From positions 58,307 to 122,306 of the forward strand of contig DAOLES010000002.1 in assembly GCA_035326705.1 (NCBI GenBank): a stretch of 64,000 nt of DNA, given 5' to 3'. The DNA comes from Oligoflexia bacterium (GTDB lineage Bacteria > Bdellovibrionota_G > JALEGL01). Under the pieces are notes generated by a model that had not been told where the DNA came from, did not search any database, and was given only the letters and a program-made list of their open reading frames with translations. Positions 29,312 through 39,311 of this stretch are shown in pieces. Each line of letters opens with the position of its first letter. Within the stretch, counting starts at the first letter, position 1. The translations under genes were made by a program, and so were the position numbers.

Positions 29312-30313
29312 ATGCAGTATAAAATCAAATATGTTTTTTTAATTGGTTTGGGTATTGTATTAAAGGCGGGTTTCGCTGTGGCAGGCTGTTGGGATAATAA
29401 TATAATATCGACAGATATTTCAAAAGACCTTTCAAAATATAGAATGTACTATGATAGTGATCCAAGGTTTAACCCATCAGCCAATTATGTTTCAAGCGTT
29501 TCAGGAGAAAAAGTTGAGTACTTTTCACCTACAGATGCACACAACTTTTTTGAGCAAGACAGAGCCATGGAAATCATGGAAGAAGAAAATAAAAAATGGT
29601 TTATATTGGATGCTTACAGTTATCTTGAATTAGATGATTGGGAGAAAAGTGATATCTTGCCAGAAACCTTTCATTATGGTGAAAACGCCAGCAGATTGCT
29701 GAGTCAAAAGATAAATGACACTGAAATTCAAGTTGCCTGCTCAGATGGTTTTTATTATCAATACCCTATAAAACAACTCAAACCAGCGTATGTGCAAGAT
29801 GTAGATTTTGAAAAAAAATTAAAATTGATGAAATCTTTTTTAATTGAAGATCAAGTCTTTCATTTGGTGACCCATTATATAAAACAAAAAGAGTGTGCAG
29901 AAACATATACCATAGTGTTAAACACACATTCATGTTCAGATAAAAAGCACAAAACAGAATTAAAAGTACAGCCAAGTTTTTCTTGTCAAGGCAAGCTCAG
30001 TAAAACAGAAAAGATGATCTGTGAAAATGGGGTTTTGGCTGGGCAAGATAAAATTATCAATGAAATATATCAAAAAGCCATAAAAGTTTTGCCAGAGCCA
30101 AAAAAAACAAAAGAATTGCGTGTCGTTTTAGCAGAAACCTATGTACCTGAAGATAGACAGGCTTTACTCGCTGAGCAAAGAAATTTTATCAAAGAAAGAG
30201 AGCAGGAATGTGGAGCAAAAAAGAGTGATGAAGCTATTTTAGAATGTTTGATTGAACATTTTGCTAAAAATCTAGGAATGATGGAGTTGTTAAAATATAG
30301 TTATAAATTGTAA
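29312..30313 (+). CDS. secreted hypothetical protein (Cys-containing; C-terminal DUF1311/LprI-like motif possible)
   Basis: 333 aa, signal peptide. C-terminal ...AEQRNFIKEREQEC resembles the Q..W..R...C motif; weak. Confidence 0.4.
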   Translation: MQYKIKYVFLIGLGIVLKAGFAVAGCWDNNIISTDISKDLSKYRMYYDSDPRFNPSANYVSSVSGEKVEYFSPTDAHNFFEQDRAMEIMEEENKKWFILDAYSYLELDDWEKSDILPETFHYGENASRLLSQKINDTEIQVACSDGFYYQYPIKQLKPAYVQDVDFEKKLKLMKSFLIEDQVFHLVTHYIKQKECAETYTIVLNTHSCSDKKHKTELKVQPSFSCQGKLSKTEKMICENGVLAGQDKIINEIYQKAIKVLPEPKKTKELRVVLAETYVPEDRQALLAEQRNFIKEREQECGAKKSDEAILECLIEHFAKNLGMMELLKYSYKL

Positions 30314-30387
30314 AGTATTCTAGGAAAGGCTCTTTTAAGAAAGATTTTTTCTCTTTATAAAAATCAGACACGCTGTTATAGATTGGC

Positions 30388-31584
30388 ATGCTCAAACTTC
30401 ATGATATTCAAGCAGCCCAAGAAAGAATAGCAGGTAAGATTTTAAGAACGCCTATTATGCGTACCCAACACCCCAATATTGAGCATGAAAAAATATTTTT
30501 AAAGATGGAAAGTTTTCATCGAACCAGCTCATTTAAGGAGAGAGGCGCATTAAATACTATTCTTCAACTGGACCATGATCAAAATAAAATTGTTGCTACA
30601 TCTGCAGGCAATCATTCTCAGGCAGTGAGTTATCACGGTACAAAGTCTGGCTTTGATGTCAAAATATGCATGCCAACCTACACGCCATTAACCAAAATCC
30701 TAGCTACAGAAAGTTGGGGGGCTAAAGTTCATTTAGAGGGTGAAACTTTTTCTGATGCCATGGTTGTGGGCAAACAAATGGCTGAAGATGAAGGGGCTCA
30801 TTTTGTGCATGCCTTCGATGATCTAAGAGTGATGGCTGGGCAGGGCACGGTGGGCTTAGAGTTGTTGACTCAGTTGCCTGAGCTTGAATTGGTGGTGGTG
30901 CCAGTAGGTGGCGGTGGTTTAGCCTCTGGTTTGGCGGTGGCAATCAAAGAAAACAATCCCAATATTAAAGTGATTGGTGTGCAAGCAGCCAATTGTGACT
31001 TGGTAGCACAATTGGTTAAAGGTGTACCTGAACAAGATATAGTACGCAGTCATAAAAGTACCATTGGCGATGGAATAGCCATTAAAACCATTGGTCAATA
31101 TACCATTCCTTTAATGCAAAAATATCTGGATGATATTGTTACGGTCACAGAAGAAGAAATGGCTGAAGCCATGGTTTATTTGCTACACACCAGCAAAGTT
31201 CTATTGGAAGGAGCGGGAGCGGCGGCCTTTGGAGCCATTATGGCCAATAAGGTTAAAACCAATGGTCATAAAACTGTAGCTATTGCCAGTGGAGGAAATG
31301 TTGATTTAACTCTGCTTTCAAAGGTTATACAGAAAAGCTTGGTAAAACGTGGACGGCAAGCCAGTATAGAACTGATGATATCTGATCGTCCTGGTGGGTT
31401 AAATGAATTAACCAGTATTATTGCTCACCTAGGGGCAAGTATTTTACAAATACATCATGAAAGAAGTGCAATTGATGTTCCTTTTTATGAGACAAGTGTA
31501 AAGCTGAAATTAGAGACCAAGGGTCCTGAGCATTTACAAGAAATATTGGCCGGCTTGAAAGAAAAAGGCTATGCCATAAGATAA
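30388..31584 (+). CDS. ilvA: threonine dehydratase (PLP-dependent, with C-terminal ACT-like regulatory domain)
   Basis: 398 aa. PLP-lysine motif SFKERGA, glycine-rich GGGGL loop, C-terminal ACT-like domain. Confidence 0.8.
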   Translation: MLKLHDIQAAQERIAGKILRTPIMRTQHPNIEHEKIFLKMESFHRTSSFKERGALNTILQLDHDQNKIVATSAGNHSQAVSYHGTKSGFDVKICMPTYTPLTKILATESWGAKVHLEGETFSDAMVVGKQMAEDEGAHFVHAFDDLRVMAGQGTVGLELLTQLPELELVVVPVGGGGLASGLAVAIKENNPNIKVIGVQAANCDLVAQLVKGVPEQDIVRSHKSTIGDGIAIKTIGQYTIPLMQKYLDDIVTVTEEEMAEAMVYLLHTSKVLLEGAGAAAFGAIMANKVKTNGHKTVAIASGGNVDLTLLSKVIQKSLVKRGRQASIELMISDRPGGLNELTSIIAHLGASILQIHHERSAIDVPFYETSVKLKLETKGPEHLQEILAGLKEKGYAIR

Positions 31585-31607
31585 TACAAAATGGAGGTTT
31601 AAAACTA

Positions 31608-32393
31608 ATGAATGAAATGAAAAGAAATGTAGTCTTGGTTGTTGTTGCGGCGGTAGTTTTGATTGGAGCAATTACAGGCTTTGGAATAAAAATTATTGAT
31701 ACCGGTTACCGTGGCGTTAAAACCCGTTTTGGGAAAGTGGTGGGAGAACCATTGGATGAAGGTTTGTATTTTTACAATCCCATTACCACCAAAATTCAAG
31801 ATTTGGAAGTGCGTGTATTGAAGTTAAGTGGAGAAACTCAGACTTATACAAAAGATGTTCAACAAGCCACTATTCGCTATGTGATCAACTTTGCCTTAGA
31901 TAAAGCGCATGTTCATGATGTTTATCAAAACTTAGGTTTGAATTGGCGTGAACGGGTTATTCCACAAGTGATTGAAGGTTCATTGAAAGCTGTTATTGGT
32001 AAATGGGATGCAGTAGATTTGATTGGTAATCGACAAAAAGCAACAATTGAAGCCCAAGAAGCAATAAGAGAAGGTTTAAAGGACAAATTTATTGATGTTA
32101 ATCGTTTTGAAATGACAGATATATCTTATGAAAATGCATTTGAACAAGCTGTTGAACGCAAAGTGATTGCTATTCAAAATGCTTCACAAGCTGAGAATAA
32201 AACCAAGCAAATTGAAGAAGAAGCCAAACAAAAATTAATTTCAGCAAAGGCTGAAGCGGAGTCTATGTCTATTAGAGCAAGGGCTTTAACCCAAAATAAA
32301 AGTTTGGTAGAGTATGAAGCAGTACAAAAATGGGATGGTAAGCTACCTCAATACATGATGGGCAACAGCGTTCCATTTATCAGTATGAAATAG
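31608..32393 (+). CDS. SPFH/band-7 (prohibitin/HflC-like) membrane protein
   Basis: 261 aa. N-terminal TM, SPFH domain, Ala/Glu-rich coiled-coil C-terminus. Confidence 0.8.
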   Translation: MNEMKRNVVLVVVAAVVLIGAITGFGIKIIDTGYRGVKTRFGKVVGEPLDEGLYFYNPITTKIQDLEVRVLKLSGETQTYTKDVQQATIRYVINFALDKAHVHDVYQNLGLNWRERVIPQVIEGSLKAVIGKWDAVDLIGNRQKATIEAQEAIREGLKDKFIDVNRFEMTDISYENAFEQAVERKVIAIQNASQAENKTKQIEEEAKQKLISAKAEAESMSIRARALTQNKSLVEYEAVQKWDGKLPQYMMGNSVPFISMK

Positions 32394-32594
32394 CTTTATA
32401 CAATGAGTATTTCTGCAACAGAGTTAACTCAATGTTTTTATATAAACAAGGTTATTAACGGTCTCTGGCAAGTTAGTGGTACTCATGGGCCGATTAACCC
32501 GATAAAAGCCTTGGCTCAGATGCATGATTTTTATGCAGTTGTTGTTGCTCGGTTGGGAGAATCAGACTATATTACTGAAACAAAAAAAATTAAA

Positions 32595-33386
32595 CTAACG
32601 ATTGATTGCTTGGGCTAGAAAAGGATACAAATCTGGATTGCTGGCAATGATTTCTTGCTTCCATAAATCGTTGATGGCTTGCCCGCTGTAATCAGTGGCA
32701 ATACCACCGGCTTCTTTAACCAAAAGCATGCCAGCAGCAATATCCCAGGGTTTAAGTTTGAGTTCCCAAAAACCATCGAACACACCTTCAGCTACATAGG
32801 CAAGGTCTAAAGCAGCGGCACCTGTTCTTCGAACACATAAGCTGTTCAATTCTAAATGCTTAAATGTTTCTAAATTATTGTTTTTAGAAGTTCGACGGTC
32901 ATAGGGGAAGCCGGTAACTAAAAAAGCTTGATCCAAGTTTTTAGTCTTGCTGACATGTATACGCTGTTTATTTTTGTAAGCACCTTGGCCTTTATGGGCA
33001 GTGTACCAGTGGTCCATGATGGGGTTAACGATCAACGCAAACTGAATGGCATTTTCATCATAAAAAGCCATCGATATTGCGAAGTAAGGAAACTTTTTGG
33101 AAAAATTGGTTGTGCCATCTAAAGGGTCTATGATCCAAGTGGGTTGGTTTTGGTATTGATTTTTATCCATACCATCTTCTTCAGCTAAAAACTGATGTTT
33201 GGGAAACACTTGTCTGAGAGTCTCAATGATGGCCTGTTGTGAATCAAGGTCAGCCTGGGTTACCAAATCAATATCACCTTTATGACGTATATTTAAGTCT
33301 TGATGATCAAAGTAGCGCTTTTGAATATCTTGAGCTTTGCTTGCAGCTTTAAAGGCATATTTTTCTATTTCATTCATATTGTTCAT
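32595..33386 (-). CDS. suhB: inositol monophosphatase family protein
   Basis: 263 aa. IMPase motifs EED, WIIDPLDGT, WDIAAG. Confidence 0.85.
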   Translation of the reverse strand: MNNMNEIEKYAFKAASKAQDIQKRYFDHQDLNIRHKGDIDLVTQADLDSQQAIIETLRQVFPKHQFLAEEDGMDKNQYQNQPTWIIDPLDGTTNFSKKFPYFAISMAFYDENAIQFALIVNPIMDHWYTAHKGQGAYKNKQRIHVSKTKNLDQAFLVTGFPYDRRTSKNNNLETFKHLELNSLCVRRTGAAALDLAYVAEGVFDGFWELKLKPWDIAAGMLLVKEAGGIATDYSGQAINDLWKQEIIASNPDLYPFLAQAINR

Positions 33387-33479
33387 GCAACTTAGTCAAA
33401 GATATTGAAAAAAGCCATGTTTTTATACCCAAGAAGCTTTTTGATGTGCAAAAAATAGGCAGTTGGTTATAATGGAGGC

Positions 33480-35309
33480 ATGTCTCAAATTGAAAATGAA
33501 AAAACCTTGCCGCAGCTTGATACAAGAGATTTACAAGATGAAGAATTATTGTTGGACAGAGGGTTTTTACTGGTTATTGAAGGTCCATTGGCGGGCAGTG
33601 TATACCCCCTTAATCAAGGCGCAACAGATTTAGGAAGAAGCCAAAGTTGTAAAATTACCATTGATGATAGGCAAATATCACGCGCCCATTTAAAGTTTGA
33701 TAATAAATCAGGGCAAATTGTTGTTGAAGATTTAGGAAGTACCAATGGTAGTTTGATTAATGGTGAACCCTTGTTAAGATCTATGGTTCTTGAAGAAGGT
33801 GATCAAATTCAAATTGGCGAACATGTGTTTAGATTTTCTTTACGAAACCCGGTGGGTTTAGAGAAATTTGGTGTCTTACCACACACTTATTTTGATCAAC
33901 GATTGCATGAAGAGATGGATAGAGCGCATAGGTATAAAAGACCTCTTTCTCTTGCGATGATTCAAATCCAGGATGGGCAGACTCCTTTTAAGTTGCAAGA
34001 TTTTGCTAGGGTCATAGAAAAAGTAAGAAAAATGATTAGAACCATGGATGTAGTTGGACATTATGGTCGTAATCAATTGGAGCTAATGCTACCAGAGACC
34101 GATCAAGCTGATGCAGTCGCTTTAGGAGAAAGAATTTTTAAAGAAGTTCCATCTGCAGATAGAAAAGCTGTTTTTGTTGGGGTAGCCAGTTTTCCAGAAG
34201 ATGGCGGATCAATTGATCTATTGGTTGAAAAGTCTAGGGAAGCTTTAAAAACGGCAAAAACAGCAAAAAAAGGCCATGTTGCCCATGCCAAACAAGATGT
34301 TCGTAAAGTTAATATGGGCAATCAAGAGGCCATCATCAAAAGTAAAAAAATGCAAGAATTGTTCAGTCTTGCGCAACGAGTGGCACAATCAAAGATAACT
34401 GTACTTCTATTAGGAGAAACGGGTGTAGGTAAGGAAGTGATAGCGGAAGCCATACACTATCATAGCCAACGTAAAAATGAACCCATGGTTTGTGTAAACT
34501 GCGCAGCTTTAACAGAAACTTTACTAGAGAGTGAATTGTTTGGTCATGAAAAAGGAGCTTTTACGGGTGCAGATCAGACTAAAATAGGTTTATTTGAAAC
34601 AGCTGATGGGGGCACTATTTTTTTAGATGAAGTTGGAGAGATGCCACTTAAAACCCAAGCAAAATTATTGCGTGTTTTACAAAATAGAACATTTATGCGC
34701 GTTGGATCAAATAAAGAAATTGCAAGTGACGTAAGAGTTGTTGCTGCAACCAATTTAAAATTAGATGATCTCGTAGAAGAAGGAAGGTTTAGAGAAGATT
34801 TATTTTATCGGTTGAATGCCGCAACCATAGAAATACCACCTTTGCGAGAAAGAAGGGAAGAAATCCCTTATTTAGTGGATGCTTTCATAGAAAAAGTTTG
34901 TCATGAGAATGGCTTTGAACGTAAACATATTTCTTCACAAGCATTAAGTCTTATGCACCAGTACAACTGGCCGGGTAATATTAGAGAATTAAAAAATACA
35001 GTTGAACGATCAGTGATTATTTCTGAAGGAGACACCATTAAGCCTGAAGATTTATCAAATAAAATTAGCATGGCAGGTTTGAAGCCAGAGAGTCAGTCTT
35101 CTGGAAATAAACCAGATTACCAACTTATCCCAATTGATACTGAGGTTGGTGATATGAAAGAGATTGTAGATAGTTATGAAAAACAACTGATTATTAATGC
35201 ATTGAAAAAAAACAGTTGGAACCAAACCAAAGCTGCACAAATGCTTAATGTTCCCAGGAGAACATTGGTATCAAAAATCAAAAAGTATGAGATCAAAGAA
35301 GAGGAATAA
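33480..35309 (+). CDS. sigma-54-dependent transcriptional activator with N-terminal FHA domain and a degenerate GGDEF-like domain
   Basis: 609 aa. FHA (G.S..C.I.....ISR.H ... NGS.ING); GGDEF-like region where the GG[DE]EF position reads GRNQL; AAA+ sigma-54 interaction domain (GETGVGKE, GAFTGA, ESELFGHEKGAFTGA); C-terminal Fis-type HTH. Confidence 0.85.
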   Translation: MSQIENEKTLPQLDTRDLQDEELLLDRGFLLVIEGPLAGSVYPLNQGATDLGRSQSCKITIDDRQISRAHLKFDNKSGQIVVEDLGSTNGSLINGEPLLRSMVLEEGDQIQIGEHVFRFSLRNPVGLEKFGVLPHTYFDQRLHEEMDRAHRYKRPLSLAMIQIQDGQTPFKLQDFARVIEKVRKMIRTMDVVGHYGRNQLELMLPETDQADAVALGERIFKEVPSADRKAVFVGVASFPEDGGSIDLLVEKSREALKTAKTAKKGHVAHAKQDVRKVNMGNQEAIIKSKKMQELFSLAQRVAQSKITVLLLGETGVGKEVIAEAIHYHSQRKNEPMVCVNCAALTETLLESELFGHEKGAFTGADQTKIGLFETADGGTIFLDEVGEMPLKTQAKLLRVLQNRTFMRVGSNKEIASDVRVVAATNLKLDDLVEEGRFREDLFYRLNAATIEIPPLRERREEIPYLVDAFIEKVCHENGFERKHISSQALSLMHQYNWPGNIRELKNTVERSVIISEGDTIKPEDLSNKISMAGLKPESQSSGNKPDYQLIPIDTEVGDMKEIVDSYEKQLIINALKKNSWNQTKAAQMLNVPRRTLVSKIKKYEIKEEE

Positions 35310-35445
35310 TCCATAAGGCTATTTTGAGGGTAGCTTTTAAATATATCTACTAGATTTTTTTATATTGTTTTTGCTATAATATAGGTAGCGCCATGGTCAG
35401 GAGTATTCACTCTTTCCAAATATTCAAAAAATCTAGGAGGTTTTA

Positions 35446-36045
35446 TTGAAGCAATCATCCAATCAACAATTAGAGAGTTTTTTTAGTAAACGTATTTTTA
35501 GTATTTTGGAACAGAATAAATTAGCGTTAAATGAGTTTTTACAGATTTATATCGTTGGTTTATGTTTGAAGGCAGTTCGGAGTGAAAATATTTTTATGTT
35601 TGATTCTCAAGGAGAAGTCCCTTTAGCGTTTTCTTGGGGAAAAGCAGTGAGTGAAGGTTCTCGATTTAAGCGCTTTAAAGATTTGGTTGCAGTTGGAGAT
35701 AGATCATTGTACGTTGCTGGATTTTTTTCTGATTATTTTAATCGTCAATTGTTTGATATTGAGTACTATATTCAGATGGGTTCCTTGGCCTATGAACAGG
35801 CTTCTGACTTACAACATCAACTGAATCAAAAAAATGAAACGGATATATTTTTATTGTTGGCAAGACATTTTAAAGATTTAGTTTTTATTATGTCTGAGTT
35901 GAGTGAAGAAATGAATATGACCAATAAACAAGATTTATTGTCTTTGTACCAACGTTGGATAGCTACAAAAAATCAACATCTTTTAAAGAAATTAAAAGAA
36001 AAAGGTGTTGTTGTTTTTGAGCAGGAAGAAAGGATTATTCATTAA
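35446..36045 (+). CDS. hypothetical protein
   Basis: 199 aa, no recognisable motif. Confidence 0.4.
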   Translation: MKQSSNQQLESFFSKRIFSILEQNKLALNEFLQIYIVGLCLKAVRSENIFMFDSQGEVPLAFSWGKAVSEGSRFKRFKDLVAVGDRSLYVAGFFSDYFNRQLFDIEYYIQMGSLAYEQASDLQHQLNQKNETDIFLLLARHFKDLVFIMSELSEEMNMTNKQDLLSLYQRWIATKNQHLLKKLKEKGVVVFEQEERIIH

Positions 36046-36133
36046 GCAAGCTATGTTTTTATTACTCGAAAATGAAAGTTTAAGTTTGGTAGAATATTTT
36101 TACAAGCAATAATAGCTATGGTAGCGATGGTAT

Positions 36134-36496
36134 ATGCAAAATTTTAGCGATCAAAGGGAATCAAAGAGGGTTCCAGTAGAGTTTAAGGTTGATTTTTTAA
36201 AGGAAGGTAATTTCCTATTTGAAAATGCAACCAATATCAGTGAGCATGGGATTTTTTTAGAAACCGATCAACCCATGGAATTAGGAACAGTGGTTCATTT
36301 AAAATTTACTCTACCAGACAGTGGTGTAGAGATTGAGGCAAGAGCTGAAGTGATGTGGATTAATCCTGTCAAAGAAAATGCAAAAAAGAACTATCATCCA
36401 GGTATGGGTTTGAAATTTGTTCAGTTAAGTGATTTGGATCGTCAGAGTATTTTAGCTGTGATAAAAAAGTTAGCACTGTTAGAAAGTATGTCTTAA
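36134..36496 (+). CDS. PilZ-domain protein
   Basis: 120 aa. RxxxR (RESKR) and N/DxSxxG (NISEHG) c-di-GMP-binding motifs. Confidence 0.7.
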   Translation: MQNFSDQRESKRVPVEFKVDFLKEGNFLFENATNISEHGIFLETDQPMELGTVVHLKFTLPDSGVEIEARAEVMWINPVKENAKKNYHPGMGLKFVQLSDLDRQSILAVIKKLALLESMS

Positions 36497-36504
36497 GGGG
36501 AAAA

Positions 36505-36858
36505 GTGAGCGGATATTCAGAAAAAAGGCTTCATAAACGCGTTGATGCTAAAGTAAAAGTTGTTTTTAAGACCTTAAAAGATTTAGTACATGAATATACA
36601 CACAACATCAGTGGTGGGGGTATTTTTATTAAAACTGATAAGCTTTTAGATCCTAATGCAGAGATAGAATTAGAAATGAGCTTTCCAGATGATTTAGGGC
36701 ATTATGTTTTAAAAGGTAAAGTTACCCGTTTAATGAGTCTCAGTGATCCCAATAGCGCTGGAAAGCAATTGTATGGTGTGGGAGTTAGATTTATTAACCC
36801 AGACCCAAAAATGATAGATATCATAGAAAAAACCATTGTAAATTCTATTGAAGACTAA
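36505..36858 (+). CDS. PilZ-domain protein (tandem paralog)
   Basis: 117 aa. RLHKR and NISGGG motifs; 8-nt gap after the previous PilZ gene. Confidence 0.7.
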   Translation: MSGYSEKRLHKRVDAKVKVVFKTLKDLVHEYTHNISGGGIFIKTDKLLDPNAEIELEMSFPDDLGHYVLKGKVTRLMSLSDPNSAGKQLYGVGVRFINPDPKMIDIIEKTIVNSIED

Positions 36859-37125
36859 GAGTTAGTTAAGAACCCAAAATATTTTATGTGGGATAGATTA
36901 GAATGAGAACAGTAAAAATGGTCTGTGTTTTTCTAATGATGAAGAGATAGTGGTTCTATAGCATCATAAAAGTTATACTTTTCTATTAGATATTAAGAAA
37001 CAAGTAGCGGTAAACTATAATAGTTTCTACTTCTAAGTAATATCTGGTAGACTATAATTTATTACTTAAAATTATGTAAAAGCCTGACAAATGGAGATAT
37101 GTCTTGATTTTTACGACTGATTTTT

Positions 37126-38382
37126 ATGGAAGTTACACAGCCTAGAACTAGAATTTTTGAACTAAAATTTTTGCTATTTATAGCATTAATTTTTATTTCC
37201 ATAACGTGTACCGCTATTCGGTACTTTTGGTTAGAATCCTTTGAGTTTAGGCTGAGAGAAAATACCTTTAGACTTGCGCAAGAACTTGGATTTAACGCAG
37301 CTGGAACCGGTGAAGTTAATGATGAGCTGTGGAAAAAGTTTATCACCCGTAATGATCAAATTGTCTATTTGGTATTCTCGTACAAGCCTTTAGGATACCG
37401 AAAAGCATTTTTCCACCCACAAAAAACCCACCAAGTTTCAGCTTCACTAGAACATGATGTTAAAACAGCCTCTAGAGAAATTTTGCTTAGTAACTTGCTG
37501 GACAATCAAAAAACATATGTTAACCCGCATGTACATGTGGTGCATGCCAACCTTATTCCACCAGATTATCAAACGGATGATGATATATTGGGTCAAATTA
37601 AAGTTGCCTATGCTGTTCCTGGGTATTTGATGGGCATATCTTTTGGTAGGGCGTATCGTTATGTTTTATTTTTTATTTATGGTTTAACAACATTGTCTTT
37701 TTTAAGCATTATTTTTGGTCCGTTTATTGGAAAGAAAAAGAAAATTATAGATCCAAAATTGTACTCTGAGCTAGAAAAAGAAGAGTTTGAAGTACAGTGG
37801 ATTGAAGATGACGACACGGGCAAAACAGAACCTGTTTTTATTGATGATAAAGGTAAGTCCTGGAGTTTATTGCTGCCTGATGGTGATATGAGCGATTGGT
37901 CAAAAGAAGGTATTGTTTATGTCTCAGGTGAAGATGTTCTTGCTAAACCATGGGGATCAAGCGCGGTAAGAAAAGATTTATCGCTGGGTGCTTCATATGA
38001 GTACCAATTGAGAGCTTTAAAAATGGCTGGACAAGATGCGTTTATTGTTCTTTTTCCAGTGGGAGAGCACCAATTGTCATGGGTTATTGGTGGTTGGCAT
38101 AATAGTAAAACTGAAGTGGCGGGATATCCAATTACCAGTAACACCTTTGCTGTTGAAAAAGATCGTTGGTATTATATTGAAATACAATGTTTAGAAGATG
38201 TCGTGGTTGGTATTATCAATGGTGAAGAAAATTGGCGTTTAAGAAAAGAAGATATTAAAAAATCTTCCCCTAGTGTTGGGTTTCAAAAAGGTTTAGGTTT
38301 GGCAGTTTGGGGGGGCTTGTGTCGATTCTCCGAGATTCGTTTTAGAGAGGGTGAAAAAAATAAGGACAGGACCCATGGCTAA
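37126..38382 (+). CDS. membrane-anchored protein with C-terminal LamG/DUF1080-like beta-sandwich domain
   Basis: 418 aa, two N-terminal TM helices. C-terminal W..Y.I.....V..NG....F..I.F pattern resembles DUF1080-type jellyroll domains. Confidence 0.35.
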   Translation: MEVTQPRTRIFELKFLLFIALIFISITCTAIRYFWLESFEFRLRENTFRLAQELGFNAAGTGEVNDELWKKFITRNDQIVYLVFSYKPLGYRKAFFHPQKTHQVSASLEHDVKTASREILLSNLLDNQKTYVNPHVHVVHANLIPPDYQTDDDILGQIKVAYAVPGYLMGISFGRAYRYVLFFIYGLTTLSFLSIIFGPFIGKKKKIIDPKLYSELEKEEFEVQWIEDDDTGKTEPVFIDDKGKSWSLLLPDGDMSDWSKEGIVYVSGEDVLAKPWGSSAVRKDLSLGASYEYQLRALKMAGQDAFIVLFPVGEHQLSWVIGGWHNSKTEVAGYPITSNTFAVEKDRWYYIEIQCLEDVVVGIINGEENWRLRKEDIKKSSPSVGFQKGLGLAVWGGLCRFSEIRFREGEKNKDRTHG

Positions 38383-39247
38383 AAGGTTTCTATATTTAAT
38401 ACTCGTATTAATTTATCTTCAGTCATGCGAGGAGATATACAAAGAAGAAGAGTTTAATGTCATTGTACCAGTTATGGTTCAGCAACAAAAACAAGATCAA
38501 ACTGAGTTAGTGAATGAGGAAGAGCAAACTCAACAAGAACAAGAAAATGATAACAACCTTAAAGAGGTTGATGTTCCTCCAGGAGAAACAACGCTTGAGC
38601 CAACTGTTGGAACACCAAGTGTAAGCGAAGATACAATGAATACTGTGATTCCTACAGAAACACAAAATAATGATCAGCAACCTGCTCAACAAAAAAATAA
38701 AAATGAATTATCTTCTGAATTTACTCAAAAAGAGGTAAAAACAGAAAATGGCCAAGAAGTAGATAAAAAAGCCATAACAAACAGTCCAACGCCCAATCCA
38801 AATTCCATTAAAAAGAAATCAACTGATAAAAATCTTGATCCAAGAGAAATAGCACGCAGAAAATGGTTAGATTTAAAAAACTTTGCATCTAGGCGTGGCT
38901 TCTCACAAGAAGATGTTAATAATTTAATTCCAGAAAGTTTGAGTATTGAAAATTACATCAAGTTTGGCGACATTGAGAAAACCAATGAAAAGTTAATTGT
39001 AATAGAAGAAAAATTGAAAGAAGCAAGAGTTTCTCGAGGCTATGTGAAGCAGAAATATAAAAAAATATTACAAAAAGTAGCTAACAGTCAATTAACCATT
39101 GATGAAAAAAACGACTTTAACATTCGTTTGAAACAAGTAGAAAAATCCATAGCTGAAAACGGCTTTAACAGCGCTAATCGTGAGCTTAATGAATTAGAGG
39201 TTGACTTGGGGCAAGTTCAAACCTTGGACCAAGTTTTTGAAAATTAA
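38351..39247 (+). CDS. low-complexity lipoprotein-like hypothetical protein
   Basis: 298 aa. Signal/lipobox-like (LIYLQSC); Gln/Glu/Asn-rich low-complexity region, then coiled coil. Confidence 0.4.
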   Translation: MKKIRTGPMAKRFLYLILVLIYLQSCEEIYKEEEFNVIVPVMVQQQKQDQTELVNEEEQTQQEQENDNNLKEVDVPPGETTLEPTVGTPSVSEDTMNTVIPTETQNNDQQPAQQKNKNELSSEFTQKEVKTENGQEVDKKAITNSPTPNPNSIKKKSTDKNLDPREIARRKWLDLKNFASRRGFSQEDVNNLIPESLSIENYIKFGDIEKTNEKLIVIEEKLKEARVSRGYVKQKYKKILQKVANSQLTIDEKNDFNIRLKQVEKSIAENGFNSANRELNELEVDLGQVQTLDQVFEN

Positions 39248-39311
39248 GTAAGTCAATTAGCACTTAATTTTTATCGACAAAGTTATTTATTTTAACATAA
39301 AGTTGTAACCG

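Noticed and set aside
32403-32618. 71-aa ORF between the SPFH gene and the convergent suhB
   Set aside because: No recognisable motif; overlaps the suhB 3' end. Could be real but unsupported.
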